A DNA stretch of 64,000 bases from Vicugna vicugna. Its lineage: Eukaryota. A program made the translations under genes and the position numbers. The stretch covers positions 5,057,741-5,121,740 of the forward strand of contig MU058636.1 in NCBI GenBank assembly GCA_013265495.1. Direction: 5' to 3'. Below, piece after piece: positions 27,640-40,504 of this stretch (position 1 is the first letter of the stretch; each line of letters starts with the position of its first letter). The notes beneath the pieces are model-generated. The model saw only the letters and a list, made by a program, of their open reading frames with translations, was not told the DNA's origin and searched no databases.

Positions 27640-28650
27640 AAGGATAATTTAATGCTAAAAAAAAACCCTTCTAATATAGCACATCAGTATCCCAAATAAA
27701 AATACTAACAAAATAATCTCAGGCTGTGCCAAGCAGACATAGTAAAATTTAAAATTCATTCTTGACAAATATAAACTCTTAATAAACTAATACTAGAATG
27801 ATAATTCCTTAACATGCTAAAAATTTTATCTGTTTAAATCAGTAGTCAATGATTTAGTCAAAATTACTCTTCTTAAAGGCAAAATACTTAAAACATTAAA
27901 AATCAGGAACAAAAGATGCAAACTGTTGTTACCAATCTTATTTAAAATTGTTCTAGAATATTTGAGCAATTCTGGAGGACGTGAAATAGGAGTCAAAAGT
28001 ATGACAGTAAAAAAGAAGAGGCAAATTTATTTTTATTTTGGTACTCATAAATAATTTGGGAAACAACTGAAAAACTAAGAATTTAGCATCATAGGCATAT
28101 GTATGTATGTGTGTAACTAACTTTTACTCTGGTACTTCTACTTTGTATCAGGTATACACTTAGGGGAAAGAGGATTTACTCCAACACAATAACCACTGCA
28201 ACAATGAAATTAGTTAGATTGATCTAAACATAACCTTAAACAGAAGTAGGGGGAACCTATGTGGAGAAAATTTCAAAACTGAGAAACATAGACGAGAGAG
28301 GACGCACCATATTGCTTCACGAGAAAAATGAATAAAAAAGATGACAGTTCTTTCTAAATTAATACATCATTGTAAAATTCCAGTGTGATTTTAAGTCCGT
28401 GTGGAAGAATAAATGGATGCAAAAGAGAAAAGTAATAGTGATAAGATCAGCCCTACTAGACACAGACACACTTAGTTATAATTAGTAAAACGTGATGCTG
28501 TTACGGTAGCCCCGGAACAACATTTCTTAAAAGCTATTACAGAACGAAGTGTTACAAATCAGTGATTTTGAAATGTTGGTTGTCTCTGGTGGTGGGAGTA
28601 GGAAAAACAGTTTAGAACCTCATCTCACATCCTATTCTAAAATAAGATAC
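27640..28650 (+). mobile_element. Very old L1M ORF2 remnants
   Basis: A-rich degenerate ORF2-like motifs (aaaatcaggaacaa, aaagaagaggcaaatttat, aaagatgacagttctttctaaattaat). Confidence 0.55.
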
Positions 28651-28655
28651 AATAA

Positions 28656-28990
28656 TGTCTTAGTCTGCTCAGACTCGTATAACAAAATACCATAGACTGG
28701 GAGGTTTAAACAACACGAATTAATTTTCTCACATTTCTGGAGGTTGGGAAGTCCATGATCTTAGTCCTGGTCAATTCAGTTCCTGGTGAGAGCTCTCTTC
28801 CTCTTTGCAGATGGCCACCTTCTTACTGTGTTCTTACGTTGTAGACAGAAAGGTCTCTCTCTGGTGTCTCTTTTCATGACACTAATCCCATCATGAGGCC
28901 CCACCCTCATGATCTTTCAACTGAATTAAGTCCCAAAGGCCCATCTGCAAACATTGTCAGATTAGGGGTTATACAATTTAGTTCATAACA
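28656..28990 (-). mobile_element. MaLR solo LTR (MLT1A-like)
   Basis: TG..CA ends; tataacaaaataccatagactggg..ttctggaggttgggaagtcc..ctggtgtctctt..actaatcccatcatgagg. Confidence 0.85.
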
Positions 28991-29174
28991 AGTAGGAAAT
29001 AAAATTTAAACATGCACAGAAGTGTAGAATAATGTAGTTTAAAACTCAGACTTTAATAAACAAATGGACATAGGGCAGAATACCAGGGATATAATCAGGC
29101 AGTTCACAGACAAGAAACACAAATGACTGAACCTATAAAAGAATTACAGGTAATTTTGGTTGTTTTTTCCACTG

Positions 29175-29522
29175 ATATTTTTCCTCCATTTTTCAGTTTT
29201 ATTAGGTAAATTGATACAGTTTGCATATACACAATATATTGCACATATTTTTAAAATTTACTTATATGTACTATTCATTGTTTCTAAGAACAGTTTATTA
29301 GAGCCTTAGCTTTTTAAACTTAAATTGTTATCAAAGGAATAAAGCCAACCACAAAATAAGAATCAACAGAATGTAGTAATCCAATCATAAAGGACAGTCA
29401 AATGTGCTTACACATATTCAGGAAATCAGTCATCTAAGTTATAAATAATAAATAGTTCATTTGTGTCTTTTTTTTTTATTCCACATATAAGTGGTATCAT
29501 ATGGCATTTTTCTCTTCCTGGC
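29175..29522 (-). mobile_element. Chimeric retro-insertion: L1 3'UTR piece joined to unrecognised AT-rich sequence
   Basis: 29447-29522 resembles the L1 3'UTR at ~40815-40900; the rest does not match the L1 tips in this window and ends in minus-strand AATAAA plus an A-rich end. Confidence 0.55.
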
Positions 29523-30289
29523 TCTGCTGATTTTTGAGAATGTAAATTGGTACAAATTTTTTGGAAATTTAGTACTGCAAACATGTATTTATGTGTTTTA
29601 TACACATGTGTATACATATAGAGAGCCTTAAAAATGTTCATACATCCTATTCTTGGTTTCTTTGAAGAATTTTCTCAGTCTCTATCTGCTAGTCAATGCA
29701 TAAATTCTGTGAATGTAGATGGGTTTTATTTTATATTTGAAAGTCACTGATTTAAAAAATTTTTTGTTATTGTATCTGAAAAGCATATCTTTGATTCAGA
29801 AGTGTTTTCAAAATTTTTAGTAAATAATGAATGTTTAACTTTTGTAAACAGCGTCCATTTGTAAAACAAAAATGGTTCTTTTATGATGTGTATGCATGGT
29901 ACATATCATAGTTGATATTTTATGTCTTATTATACACTGTGTGGTAAAATTAGAATTACTTAAATTTACTATCAAAACAGATCCATTATACTGTCATATA
30001 GTTTCCTTATTCAAGCATTGGCTTTAGGGTGTTCTTTTTTGTGAAATAGCTCTTCACTTTAAATATATATATGCATGTATATAATATAATCAAATATTCA
30101 CTTGAGAGTTTTCCATTTGAAACTGTCTAGGTTGAGTAAGAATAAAAATTTACCCTCTTACTCCAGATAATTTTTTTAAATTAAAAAACTGTTAATGAAA
30201 GGAAGTAAGTAGTTACAGTTCTGATGCACTTCAAAACTTTAAACCTTATTTAGGTATATTTTTATGACTGAAGTGGTTATCAGATTTTT

Positions 30290-30410
30290 AAAATTTATTT
30301 TATTTTATTTACTTATTTAATTTATTTAGTTATTTTTTAAAATCGAAGTGTAGTCAATTTATAATGTTGTGTTTCTGGTGTACAGCATAGTGATTCAGTT
30401 ATACATATTT
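30290..30410 (-). mobile_element. Short L1 3'-end fragment
   Basis: (ttta)-rich tail then gaagtgtagtcaatttataatgttgtgtttctggtgtacagcatagtgattcagttatacat. Confidence 0.75.
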
Positions 30411-30484
30411 TTGTTTGTTCTTAAAAATATGCATACTAACAGTGCATACTGTTTTATATTTGAAATTGTGACTTTTATTCTTAG

Positions 30485-30924
30485 TCTGAATTGGACAAGC
30501 CTAGAAGCCGGAAGAAAACACCTGTAACAGATTCAGAAGAGAAATTAGGCATGGATGACCTGACTAAGTTGGTACAGGAACAGAAACCTAAAGGCAGTCA
30601 GCGTGGACGGAAGAGAGGCCATACGGCTTCAGAATCAGATGAACAGCAGTGGCCTGAGGAAAAGAGGCTTAAAGAAGATATTTTAGAAAATGAGGATGAA
30701 CAGAATAGTCCACCAAAAAAAGGTAAAAGAGGACGGCCACCAAAACCTCTTGGTGGAGGTACACCCAAAGAGGAGCCAACAATGAAAACTTCTAAAAAAG
30801 GAAGCAAAAAAAAATCGGGACCATCAGCAGCGGAAGAAGAGGAAGAAGAAGAAAGACAAAGTGGAAACACAGAGCAGAAGTCAAAAAGCAGACAGCACCG
30901 AACTTCAAGGAGAGCACAACAGAG
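30485..30924 (+). CDS. PDS5B: PDS5B coding exon, charged C-terminal region with AT-hook (KKGKRGRPPK) and poly-E
   Basis: ttcttag| acceptor, |gtgagt donor, 440 nt; ORF 30491..30928. Confidence 0.98.
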
Positions 30925-31017
30925 GTGAGTATGTGTAACTCTAAACTGCATATATTTAGTCATTATATTGTAAATCATAATTTGATACTATCCACATTTG
31001 GGTCTTCCCCAAAGCAG

Positions 31018-31125
31018 AGCAGAATCTCCTGAAACTAGTGCAGTTGAATCCACACAATCCACCCCACAGAAAGGACGAGGAAGACCATCAAAAACGCCAT
31101 CACCATCCCAACCCAAAAAAAATGT
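31018..31125 (+). CDS. PDS5B: PDS5B coding exon (AESPETSAVESTQSTPQKGRGRPSKTPSPSQPKKN-V), AT-hook
   Basis: aagcag| NAGNAG acceptor after a 93-nt intron, |gtaagt donor, 108 nt. Confidence 0.95.
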
Positions 31126-32669
31126 GTAAGTTGTAAATAATATTAAATTTCAAACCAGTTTCAAATTAATTTGCAAAAGTTCATAAATTTCTAACTATAC
31201 ATAGGGCTGTATTTAAATCCTGTATATTTAGCCCAATTATACTAAGTAAGATAAAATTTTTATAAACTTACCTGGGTGATTGATAGTCCATTCAACCCTC
31301 TGGTAACATCTGTACATTTTTACAGGTTTTAGGCAAATCTTTATAAATGAACCCCAGAGTTTATTATTTCCAGAACAGACTTTTTGGTACTTGAAGAGAC
31401 TATAGGTATTTTAAAATAATCGTGGCATAATGACAGCGTTGCCTTGTGATTCTATAGTACAGTTATTCCTCATGTCTCTTCTCAGCACCTTTAAAAAATA
31501 GCTTTTACACTTTTGCTTTCATTCTTTGACCTGTGTAGGAAAGTAACAGGCATCATTTTTCTTAAATTACATCCATAGAAATTATCATATGCTGATCTCA
31601 AGTTTTTGATGTCTTGATTTTGTTTTCCAATTAAATTAACACATCTGTATCTACATGTAGATGGTTTTGGATGTTCACACAAGTACGTGTTTATAAGAGT
31701 TACAAGAACAAATCTGTATCCAAAATTATTAAAGTCATAGGAGCATCAGTGCTCTAATTTGTAAATTTGGCACATTTTTCTCCTCAGTTATTTAAGTGGA
31801 AATAGAATAGCATGTCTTCTATTAGTCAGAAATTCTGCAGTTTTTGTGAAAGTAAATCCCAGACAGCAGTGGCTTGACTGTTCAGAGTTGCCAACACAAC
31901 CTTGGTTAAATACTTAGTTATCTTAGACGTTTTTCCTGTTCCTGTGTATTCCACAGGAAGAGAAAAGGTTACCTGTATGTCTAGTCAGTAGTTCATGCCT
32001 CCCTCCATTTAATTTTTCCCTCAGGTAAAAAATAAAGGTAAGTACATTTTTGTGGCAGCTTTATAAATGTGGTTGTATTCAACCATGGAAAAAACCACTG
32101 CTTTTGTTTTTATTTTCAAAAAATTCTTAAGGAATCTTACATTTCCATGATTAATTTTATAGTAAGAAAGCAACAAGGTAAATATCTTTCATGCTTGTAA
32201 CTTCAACTTGTTTATATGTAGGCATGATAAAATTAAGGCCTTAGCTGATCATCTTGTTATCCTAAAATCACCCAAGTCCTCACATGAGTGATGCAAACCA
32301 AGCAAGTACTTCATCTAAAAAAAATACAGAAATAGATTCTGTATTCTATCTTAACAGTCTAACTTCCTTTCACTGGGAAGCCCTTTTTTAGAAGGAGTGT
32401 AATAACGTATGTTATGATTTGCCTGTTTTCTTTTTCTGACTTCAGTGGAAAGATTGTATTATTTTCCATGTAATTCTTTTTTTTTTTCTGTTAATTCTGG
32501 AAAGCTGAATCAAGTAGAAAAAAATTATGTAGTTTGAGCATGAATTAAACAATATGTATCTTGGATTGTTTATAGAAGTGATAAATAAATTCTTAATTAA
32601 AAAAATAAATATCAAGAGATACGCATTTGATTAAATGGTGGTATCTGTTATGTTTTTTTGAGTTCCTTC

Positions 32670-33425
32670 TGTTTCAGAGTGTACTAGGTGCTACTTGGGA
32701 ATATAGTGGTACAAAACAGGCATGCTCCTTATCCTTGTGGAACTTATCTAAATGGGAATGTAGTCATTAAATAATCACACATAAATATGAAATTACAAAT
32801 TTTGGCATGTGTCCTGAAGGATGAAGTTAGTGTGCTGTAAGAGTACGTAATGAGAGGGAGGGCTGGGGAATTGGAAGTTTTCTCTTTAGAAAGTGATCAG
32901 TTGATTCCTTGACAGTAGTAGGAGTTAGACCAATAGAGAGCAGGGAGAGGAGCATTTCAGGTGGAGGGAACACTGTATTGGAAGGTTGTGAGATGGGAAA
33001 AATCTTGGCAAATTCGGAGAACCGAAGGAAGGCAAGGATTTTGCTGTCTCATAGTTGTGGGGAATTCGGGAATGGAAAGAAATGAGAATGAACAGGTAGG
33101 CAAAGCCTGTTTGCAAGGCCTCATATTAAGGTTTAGAGAATTACTATCAGTACAGTAGAGGGCTTTCTGTGGGTGGGCAGGGTAGTGGCATCAACCATTT
33201 TTACATTTTTAAAAGATTATGTTGTAGAGAGAAAAGGCTAGAGATAAGAATGGTTTGGAAATATATAGGAATGATGGGGATGGAGAGAAGTGAATGGATT
33301 TGAAATTTCTTTATAAGCAGAATCTTAGGACCATAGAGAGTTGTACACTATTAAGAAAGATGTGAAATTTTCTGCTTTGAGCAACTCAGTAGATAAAGAT
33401 ACCTTTTACTGAGTTGGGAAATATA
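32670..33425. mobile_element. Degraded L2 LINE fragment
   Basis: purine-rich L2-type motifs (ctaggtgct..gggaatatagtggt, ggatggagagaagtgaatggatttga, tgagcaact..tttactgag). Confidence 0.6.
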
Positions 33426-33705
33426 AAAAGAACAGTAGACTTTGGGTTATGTTTTAAAATCCTTTATGGTATTAGTCTCAGTCACACTCTTGTTATTTGG
33501 TAAGTCTTTTTATATGTAAGATTCTAGGATTAAACACATACTTTAAGGGTCTAGAATATAAGAAAATATTGCTTATCTTACAAGGTAATTGAGGATAAAA
33601 ATGGTAAATGAGAGTTCATGAAATACTTAAAGCATTTCCGCTAATGAAGTAACCTACCAGTTAAAGTCAGAATGTTCATTTTATTTTACATGTGTTTTAC
33701 TCTAG

Positions 33706-33844
33706 CCGTGTAGGACGCTCCAAACAAGCAGCTACTAAAGAAAATGATTCAAGTGAAGAAGTAGATGTGTTTCAGGGTAGCTCTCCTGTCAATGATGATA
33801 ACCCACAGGAAGAAACAGAGGAAGAGGAAGTTTCTACAGTAAAT
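33706..33844 (+). CDS. PDS5B: PDS5B coding exon (RVGRSKQAATKENDSSEEVDVFQGSSPVNDDNPQEETEEEEVSTVN)
   Basis: ctctag| acceptor, |gtatgt donor, 139 nt; ORF 33692..33925. Confidence 0.96.
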
Positions 33845-35306
33845 GTATGTGTTCATGAAAGTGCTGTGTGTGATCATATGAAATATAAAATTAGAGTTGG
33901 GAAACATTTAGTCAGATCTATTTAGCACTTGCTGTTACTTAGTAATTCCAGATGTTTATATCATTTTCTTCATTAGTTTGTAGTTTTGTTTCATCTGCCA
34001 GCTTAGATAATGGAGAAACCATGCTTTATGAAAACCTGAAACCAAGTGGGAATAATAGATGTAACCTAGTGAAAGTGTAAAAGTCCAGTTCAAGACCGGA
34101 TGTAGAGAAGAACAATAGCAGTCTCATGTTGACACCTCAGGCATTTAAGTTCTACCTTGATCTGAGAGCTCTGGTATCTGTTACGTATGCTGTTGTTTAT
34201 GTTTCATAAGTTTTTGTTCGAGTTTCCCCCTAGAAACTAACAGTCAATCGTATATAATCATGTCTTTGACTAAAATTAGCCTTTGGAATTCATAAAATTG
34301 GTAATAAACACTTCTTTTACAAAAGGAGGAACGTGATACTTCCTGAGACACTTTTTTGTTTTGTGTTAAAGTAATGAATAGCTTTGCCAGTTACATCTCA
34401 GATTTATCTCTTTGGGAGAAATGTAATAAACACGTTTAAGTGAGAGCTGTTGTCATGATATTAGTGCTGAATCTTTGGATCAGCTCAGCCAGCCATCTTT
34501 GTTTGAGAACCTGGGTTCTGTGTTCAAGTCCCAGAGTCGATCCCTGCCCCTGGTCCTGTGTAATATAATTAGTACTTCTGTCTGCATCAGGATTCATTTA
34601 TGTGAATGAGTTAATAAGACCGCAGAAAAATATGTTCAATTGTGGTCTCAAACTACTAGTTGGGCTTGTTTTTAAAACAGTTTTGGGGGAAAGTAAAAAT
34701 AAGGCTGAAGAGTCCATAGCAATTGATGTGGTCATCAGATTTTTTAAAAAACACTATAAATTAATTAAAGTCCTGTTCTGTTTATTTTCCTCTTGTTAAT
34801 ACTGATTTTCTTTGAAATAGTTTTATGCTTTCCTTAGTGCTTGCCAGTAAATAGTAATATGTCTGAATTTCAGATTATTTATATGTGTTTGATACTTGTT
34901 AGGATCCAAACTATTTTCTGAGAAAAACAGCTGTAATCCTAAATTCATAAGTATCAAATGTTTCCTTTTACTACAGAAACATAGGTTAAAAAGGAGATAT
35001 TTGCAGTTGTCCTTCTTGCTGTTGAATTGACTTGTGTTCATTTCTCTTAAAAATTATTGAATAGAAAAGTAAAATAGTTTTCTCTTTTGCTATCCTGGGA
35101 AAGGCTATTTATGGGCATTCAAATAGTGTATAGGTCTAAATATGTGATAACCAAAGCAGAAAGTTAACATAGTAGAAATGTTTTAAAGAAAAAAAGCAAA
35201 GAAAATCAGAAACTTGTAAGAATAGTGATTGGTTAAGAATAATAATAATTACTGCTGTGTGTAATTAATGCATTTTAATTAAGCATCTGGTGGTATTTCT
35301 TTCAAG

Positions 35307-35342
35307 GTGCGACGGCGAAGTTCTAAAAGAGAAAGGCGGTGA
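35307..35342 (+). CDS. PDS5B: PDS5B last coding segment (VRRRSSKRERR*)
   Basis: ttctttcaag| acceptor; TGA at 35340-35342; matches the PDS5B C-terminus as I recall it. Confidence 0.96.
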   Translation: MRRRSSKRERR

Positions 35343-35600
35343 ACAAATGTCTTTAATAACTTTCTGTGAGAAAGCTTTGAAAAAATTTTTTTGTCAAGTT
35401 TCAGGCTGAGTAAAGCCTTTGATGCACAAAATGGGACTGCTGAAGAGTGGACAGTTGGACCTTACTCTGATGACCTTATGTATTTGTGGTCACACGCTTT
35501 AGCCATGCGCATGGTGATAACATTGACTATGGAGTCTTGTGAAAAAGTGTAATGTGCGATGGCTCTGTAGACACAAACTAAAGAAGAATCTTGTAAATAT

Positions 35601-35650
35601 ATTTTTTCTTTCTTTTTCTTTCTTTCTTTCTTTCTTTTTTTTTTTTTTTT
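35601..35650. repeat. (TTTC)n / poly-T tract in 3'UTR
   Basis: direct reading. Confidence 0.9.
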
Positions 35651-36205
35651 ATGTTTCTGACTTCTAAAGTGCTTGTATAGCTTTTATCTGCGGCTTTAAA
35701 CTGACAGTACCCAACTGTTTATTGGATCTATTGATTTCAAAAGAATTTGTTAGGATAGATCTTAAGCAGTAATCTGTCAGTGTTTGTATTTGTATTCTTG
35801 GCAATTTTACTGTGAAAAAAATTTTTTTCAACAAATAGTGCCATTTTTCTTGATGTCACTGTTTGTTGGAGAGTTAAAATGGTCTCTTTCCCTTGTGTGT
35901 CTGACCTAGTGTTTACTCCTGGGCACCCTTAATCTTCAGAGGTGCTAAATTGTTTGTCATTATACCTGAACAATGCCTCTGTTGGGAAGACCCCATGCAG
36001 ATTGTCAAACAGTCCTGAAGTTGTTTGGTTATTTTACACCTCAGTATTGGTCCCAGAATTTTCTGCCCTTTCATGGCAATGAAAATTTTAAAGAGAGAGA
36101 GAGATTTAAAATATTTTAATTTTAAAGAGTGTGTTATAAAATAATGTACTGAATTCTTTATTCCATTTTATCATCCCTTTTCAGTTTTTATTAATCTACT
36201 GTATC

Positions 36206-36211
36206 AATAAA
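36206..36211 (+). terminator. Proximal polyadenylation signal AATAAA
   Basis: AATAAA with TGTA just upstream and T/GT-rich sequence downstream. Confidence 0.6.
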
Positions 36212-38300
36212 ATTCTGTAATTTGAATTAGTTTTTAATAGTCTAGAATGTTATTGTGTATAGATATTTCCTCTTGAACATTATGTTCAGAAAATGCAAAT
36301 TATTACACTATAATATAAAATCTGATATATACACATTAGAAAAGCTTCAGTCTCCATAACAGTGTAAAGTTAATCAGAAAGAAAAAAATTTTATTGATGC
36401 AGTGTGTCTTTATAAAGCTGTTCTTGAAAGCAAGTGTTTTGTATTTTATAGTGAGTTGCATGTTTATGAAAAAAAGTGCTGAAAATGGGATGTGCTCTTT
36501 TCTGTAAATTCATATTTAGCCATAGTATATGATAGATCGCCCCATAACATAGTTTTTCATCAAGAGTTTATTATTGTACTTTATTTTGGAGCCAAAAACT
36601 GTTTTGGGTGGGGAGGGGCAGGGTGGGAGTGATATATCCAACTATATGAGCTACTGTAGGTATCACAGTCTTCTGAGCTTTGAATTAAATTCCACTTTGT
36701 CCAGATTGGAAGAAGTGGAAATTTATTTGGATTTAGAGCATATCTTTTTTTTTTTTCCTTTGTTGTAATCTGCAAAATATAGAAACAAAGGTAGTATCCT
36801 TTATACAGTTTTCTGAACTGTATTTTCAACCAAAACACATAGATTACAACTTAATGCTTATCTAAATTCATTTTAGTATTTCAGGTGCTGTTCTTTCATT
36901 TTTTCATGGTTACCATCAGAAAGGAAAATCATATTCTAACTTATTAAATTTATCACATTGAATAATGGAGCATTTTCATGTAATACACCATTATGTTTAT
37001 GGTATATTTCCAGGTTTGGTTATAATAGATGGGGGATATAATAAAGAAACTACTATTTTGGAAAATGACATTTTACTATTTTCCAATGTATATCACAATT
37101 AATGTGATTATTTTTCTTTTAAAGATTCCTTCATGTTTATGAAACGACCTTTTATTTTTAAAAAAATTTTTGAATTGTGTCTTAATCTCTCAATATTTAA
37201 CTATTACTCATTTACAATAGTACTGACACCAGTGATTATGGGGGGCTGCTATATATCTAGGCAGCTAATGTTGGACCAAGATACAGTTGGTTTTTAAACG
37301 TTTCATTAGCTCAGTTCTCCCAAACACCGCTATTTCTATTTCAGCAGTACAAAGGCATGTTTTTAAATCTATAAAATAAAGAAGAAGGGATAGCTTTGTA
37401 TTTTTGTCGTTGGCTACATTGCACCGGAAATGTTTATGGAAGTATATCTTTAAAACCATTTTATAAAACATAATGAAAAAATGATTGTGGAGGATTTTTA
37501 CTTGCATGATCATAGTTAACCAAATTTCATTGCACATTAATTCTGTACATCAGTTCACAAGAAAATGTTCATTGTAGATTTTGTTTAATGCCAATGAGTC
37601 TGTGATTTTCAGCTTGTCTGTTCACTTTTTGGGAGGATTATGATGTAAATTTTCCATTTTTCTATAGAAAAATAGGTGCAATAATGATCAAAGTTTTGAT
37701 GTCCTGAGTCTTCATCTTAGGGGATTATCTTACTATGTTTAAACTTAACATTTCATGTACTAACATTTGGAGAGCCACATACTATAAAGTAAAATTAAGT
37801 ATGTATAAAACAATTGCTAACAGTGCTTAGCAAACTCTTCAGTGATAATGTTCATTTTGAAAATGTATACTGTATAAAATTAAGAAAATATTTAACTCAC
37901 TGTAACAAGTTCCATTATGAAAATCTTATGATTCTTCAGTGAGGTTATCTTTGCTGCACTCTGTAGCAAATGCGTTTAATCTACACTATAATAAAATTTC
38001 TTGCTGCAGTGCAACAGGAAGCTTTTTCAGTGATCTCCACTGTATATGTAAATTACAAATGTGGCTGTAAAACTTGTTCCAGGTATTAAAGGTTAAATTA
38101 CTTTCTGTATCTTCTTACAACTTGTAAGTTTGATTTTTAAGATTTCCTTTTGTCCGTTTGAAGAATGTCAGGAATTTAAGAATTTGTTTGACTTAGGCAT
38201 ATCTCTGCTACCGCCATAGTATTATGTCACCATGATAAACAATTGGTATTTAGATAGATAACCAATTTTCAGACACATTTTTGAATTTTCTGTGAAGTTG

Positions 38301-38306
38301 AATAAA
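38301..38306 (+). terminator. Distal polyadenylation signal AATAAA
   Basis: AATAAA followed by GT/T-rich tract, near the end of the repeat-free UTR block. Confidence 0.7.
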
Positions 38307-38849
38307 CATGAAAGCTAATGTATAATTGTATTATTTTATTTATGTGAATCAATATATTTATATTTACATATGTTTACTAAATGGAGAAAGGCACATTTCA
38401 ATGATTTTTAATTTGGAGGCTTTGTTCCATGAAGAGGAAATGTATTTCCTAGTAACATTTTTCAGACTTTTTGTTTAAACTTCTCATGCAAAGTCTTGGT
38501 TAACAAGAGATTTGCTAAGTATTATTTAAGTTAAAAGAGTACATAACTGAAGAAAATAAATGTATAATATTAACTTTAAAAGTAAGCACTAAGAAAATAA
38601 GTTACTATAGTGGCAGTTTCATTAATCTATTCAGCAAATATTTATTGAGTACCTGCTCTGCTAATCTAGTTATGGAGGAGAAGGTGTGATTTGGATAGAA
38701 TAGATCTCTGCTGTTGTGCAGCTTACCTTTTCCACAAGGAGGTGGAGGACTAAGGAAACAGTAAGTAATATATAATGTCAGATTGTGAAAACTGTGGAGA
38801 TTAGAAAAGAAAAAGGATAGAGAGTAGAAATGATTGGAGGAGAAGCCAT

Positions 38850-39930
38850 ATTATATACTTTGGAGCTATGTTTTTATTAAAATTTAGGATTGTTATATCT
38901 CTATGATGAAGTGACACTTTTATAAATATAAAACGTCACTTGTTATCTGTATGAATACTTCATGCCTACTTTATCTGATAATTGATACAACAACACCAGT
39001 TTTAACTATTGTTTTCATGACAAAACCTTTTCTGTCCTGTTATTTTCAACATATTTGTGTCCTTATGTTTAAGTGTGTGTTATATAAACATTTTATACTT
39101 TGGTTGTGTTTTTATCCAATCTTAGAATCTTTGTTCTTTAATTAGAATGTTTAGATTATTTGCTTTTGGTGTAATTACTGATATAGCAGCTTTTTTTTTT
39201 GATATAGTAGCATTTATTGCTATTTTCTTTTTTGCCAGTTTTTCTTTATTCCTTTATTTTCTCCTTTTTCTAACTTCTTTTGGTTGAGTAAAGTACTTCT
39301 CACTATTCTGTTTTACCCTTCTATTAGCATTTTAGTTATGCCTGATTATATTATTATTTGATGGTTACCCTCTAGATTACATAGATTTCTCTTATAGCCT
39401 ATACTATGTTAATATTTTTTCCCACCTTCTGAACAATGCAAGAAGTTTAAAACAGTTCAGCTTTATTTTTTGTTATATATTTTGTGGTTATAAATATAAG
39501 TGTATCAGTGCTTTCAGTAGTAAGTGTTCTTTCCTGTTTACTTGTACATTTTCTCTTTTCTCTGTTACTTTTTTCTTTCTCTGAGAGTCTTTCTCTGTCT
39601 TAATTAGTTTTCCTTCAGCCTGAGGAAATTTTAGTATTTATAGTGCAGATCTGGTGGCAGTTAAGTCATTCAGCCTTTGTTTGTTTGAAAGATCTTAATC
39701 ATACCTTTATTTTTAAAGAGCATTTTAATTGGATATGGAATTTTAGATTGGCGATTTTTTTTATTTGGCAGCTTAAAAGTTGACATTCCGTTGTTCACTG
39801 ATTTTCATATTTTCTGTTGTGAAGTCACCTTCAAACCCTTTTGCTCTTTGTAGGTAATACATTTTTTTTTTCTGGCTGCTTTTAGGATTTTCTCTTTATC
39901 TTTGTTTTTAGCTACTTGACTGTATGATCC
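38850..39930 (-). mobile_element. Old L1M fragment (antisense)
   Basis: ttttatccaatct, gcctttgtttgtttgaaa, ggatatggaattttagattggc, tctggctgcttttaggattttctcttt. Confidence 0.65.
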
Positions 39931-40504
39931 TACTCTTCCTTACACTCATATCCAGTCTGTCATCAAGTTATGTTGATTTTGCCTTCTGATTATCCCTCAA
40001 TTTTTTTTCTACTTTTTTTTTCTTTTTTTTGCCAGTGTATCTTCTTTAAGTTCTCATTTAATTGCCTCCAATCTCTTCTGCTCACATTTACTCTTGGCTG
40101 ACCTCAGATTCATTTTCACAGTATGGCCAGACTGGTGAAATAGTGATCCCATCAGCAGCAGCAACAGCGACAAACCCTTTAACACTTCACTGTTGCATTT
40201 AGGTTAATGTGCCCTACAAAGCTCTGTTATCTTTGGTCACTCCTATCTAGCCAGTCTTTTCTGCAGTTTGTGTCAGCTACACTGTTTCAGTCACCAGAAG
40301 TACAGGCTGTTAGGGTGCATATAAAGATATATAGACATTCAAAAGATAAAGCACAGTCTATTCTTTCTGCCTGGAGCACTTTTCTGCTTTGTCTAATTGT
40401 TTCCTACTTAAACTGTTATACTAGTAAGAATTTTCCCTAAAGAAGCCTTTCTGAATTTCTGTGATCAGGGCAAACCCCACTATCATATGCCCTCTTAGCT
40501 TACC

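Larger units (their letters stand above)
35343..38325 (+). other. PDS5B: PDS5B 3'UTR (long isoform, end approximate)
   Basis: AT-rich sequence with no recognised interspersed repeats from the stop codon to the distal AATAAA; interspersed repeats resume at ~38620. Confidence 0.75.

Noticed and set aside
30598..30978. 126-aa minus-strand ORF
   Set aside because: Shadow frame of the purine-rich PDS5B exon
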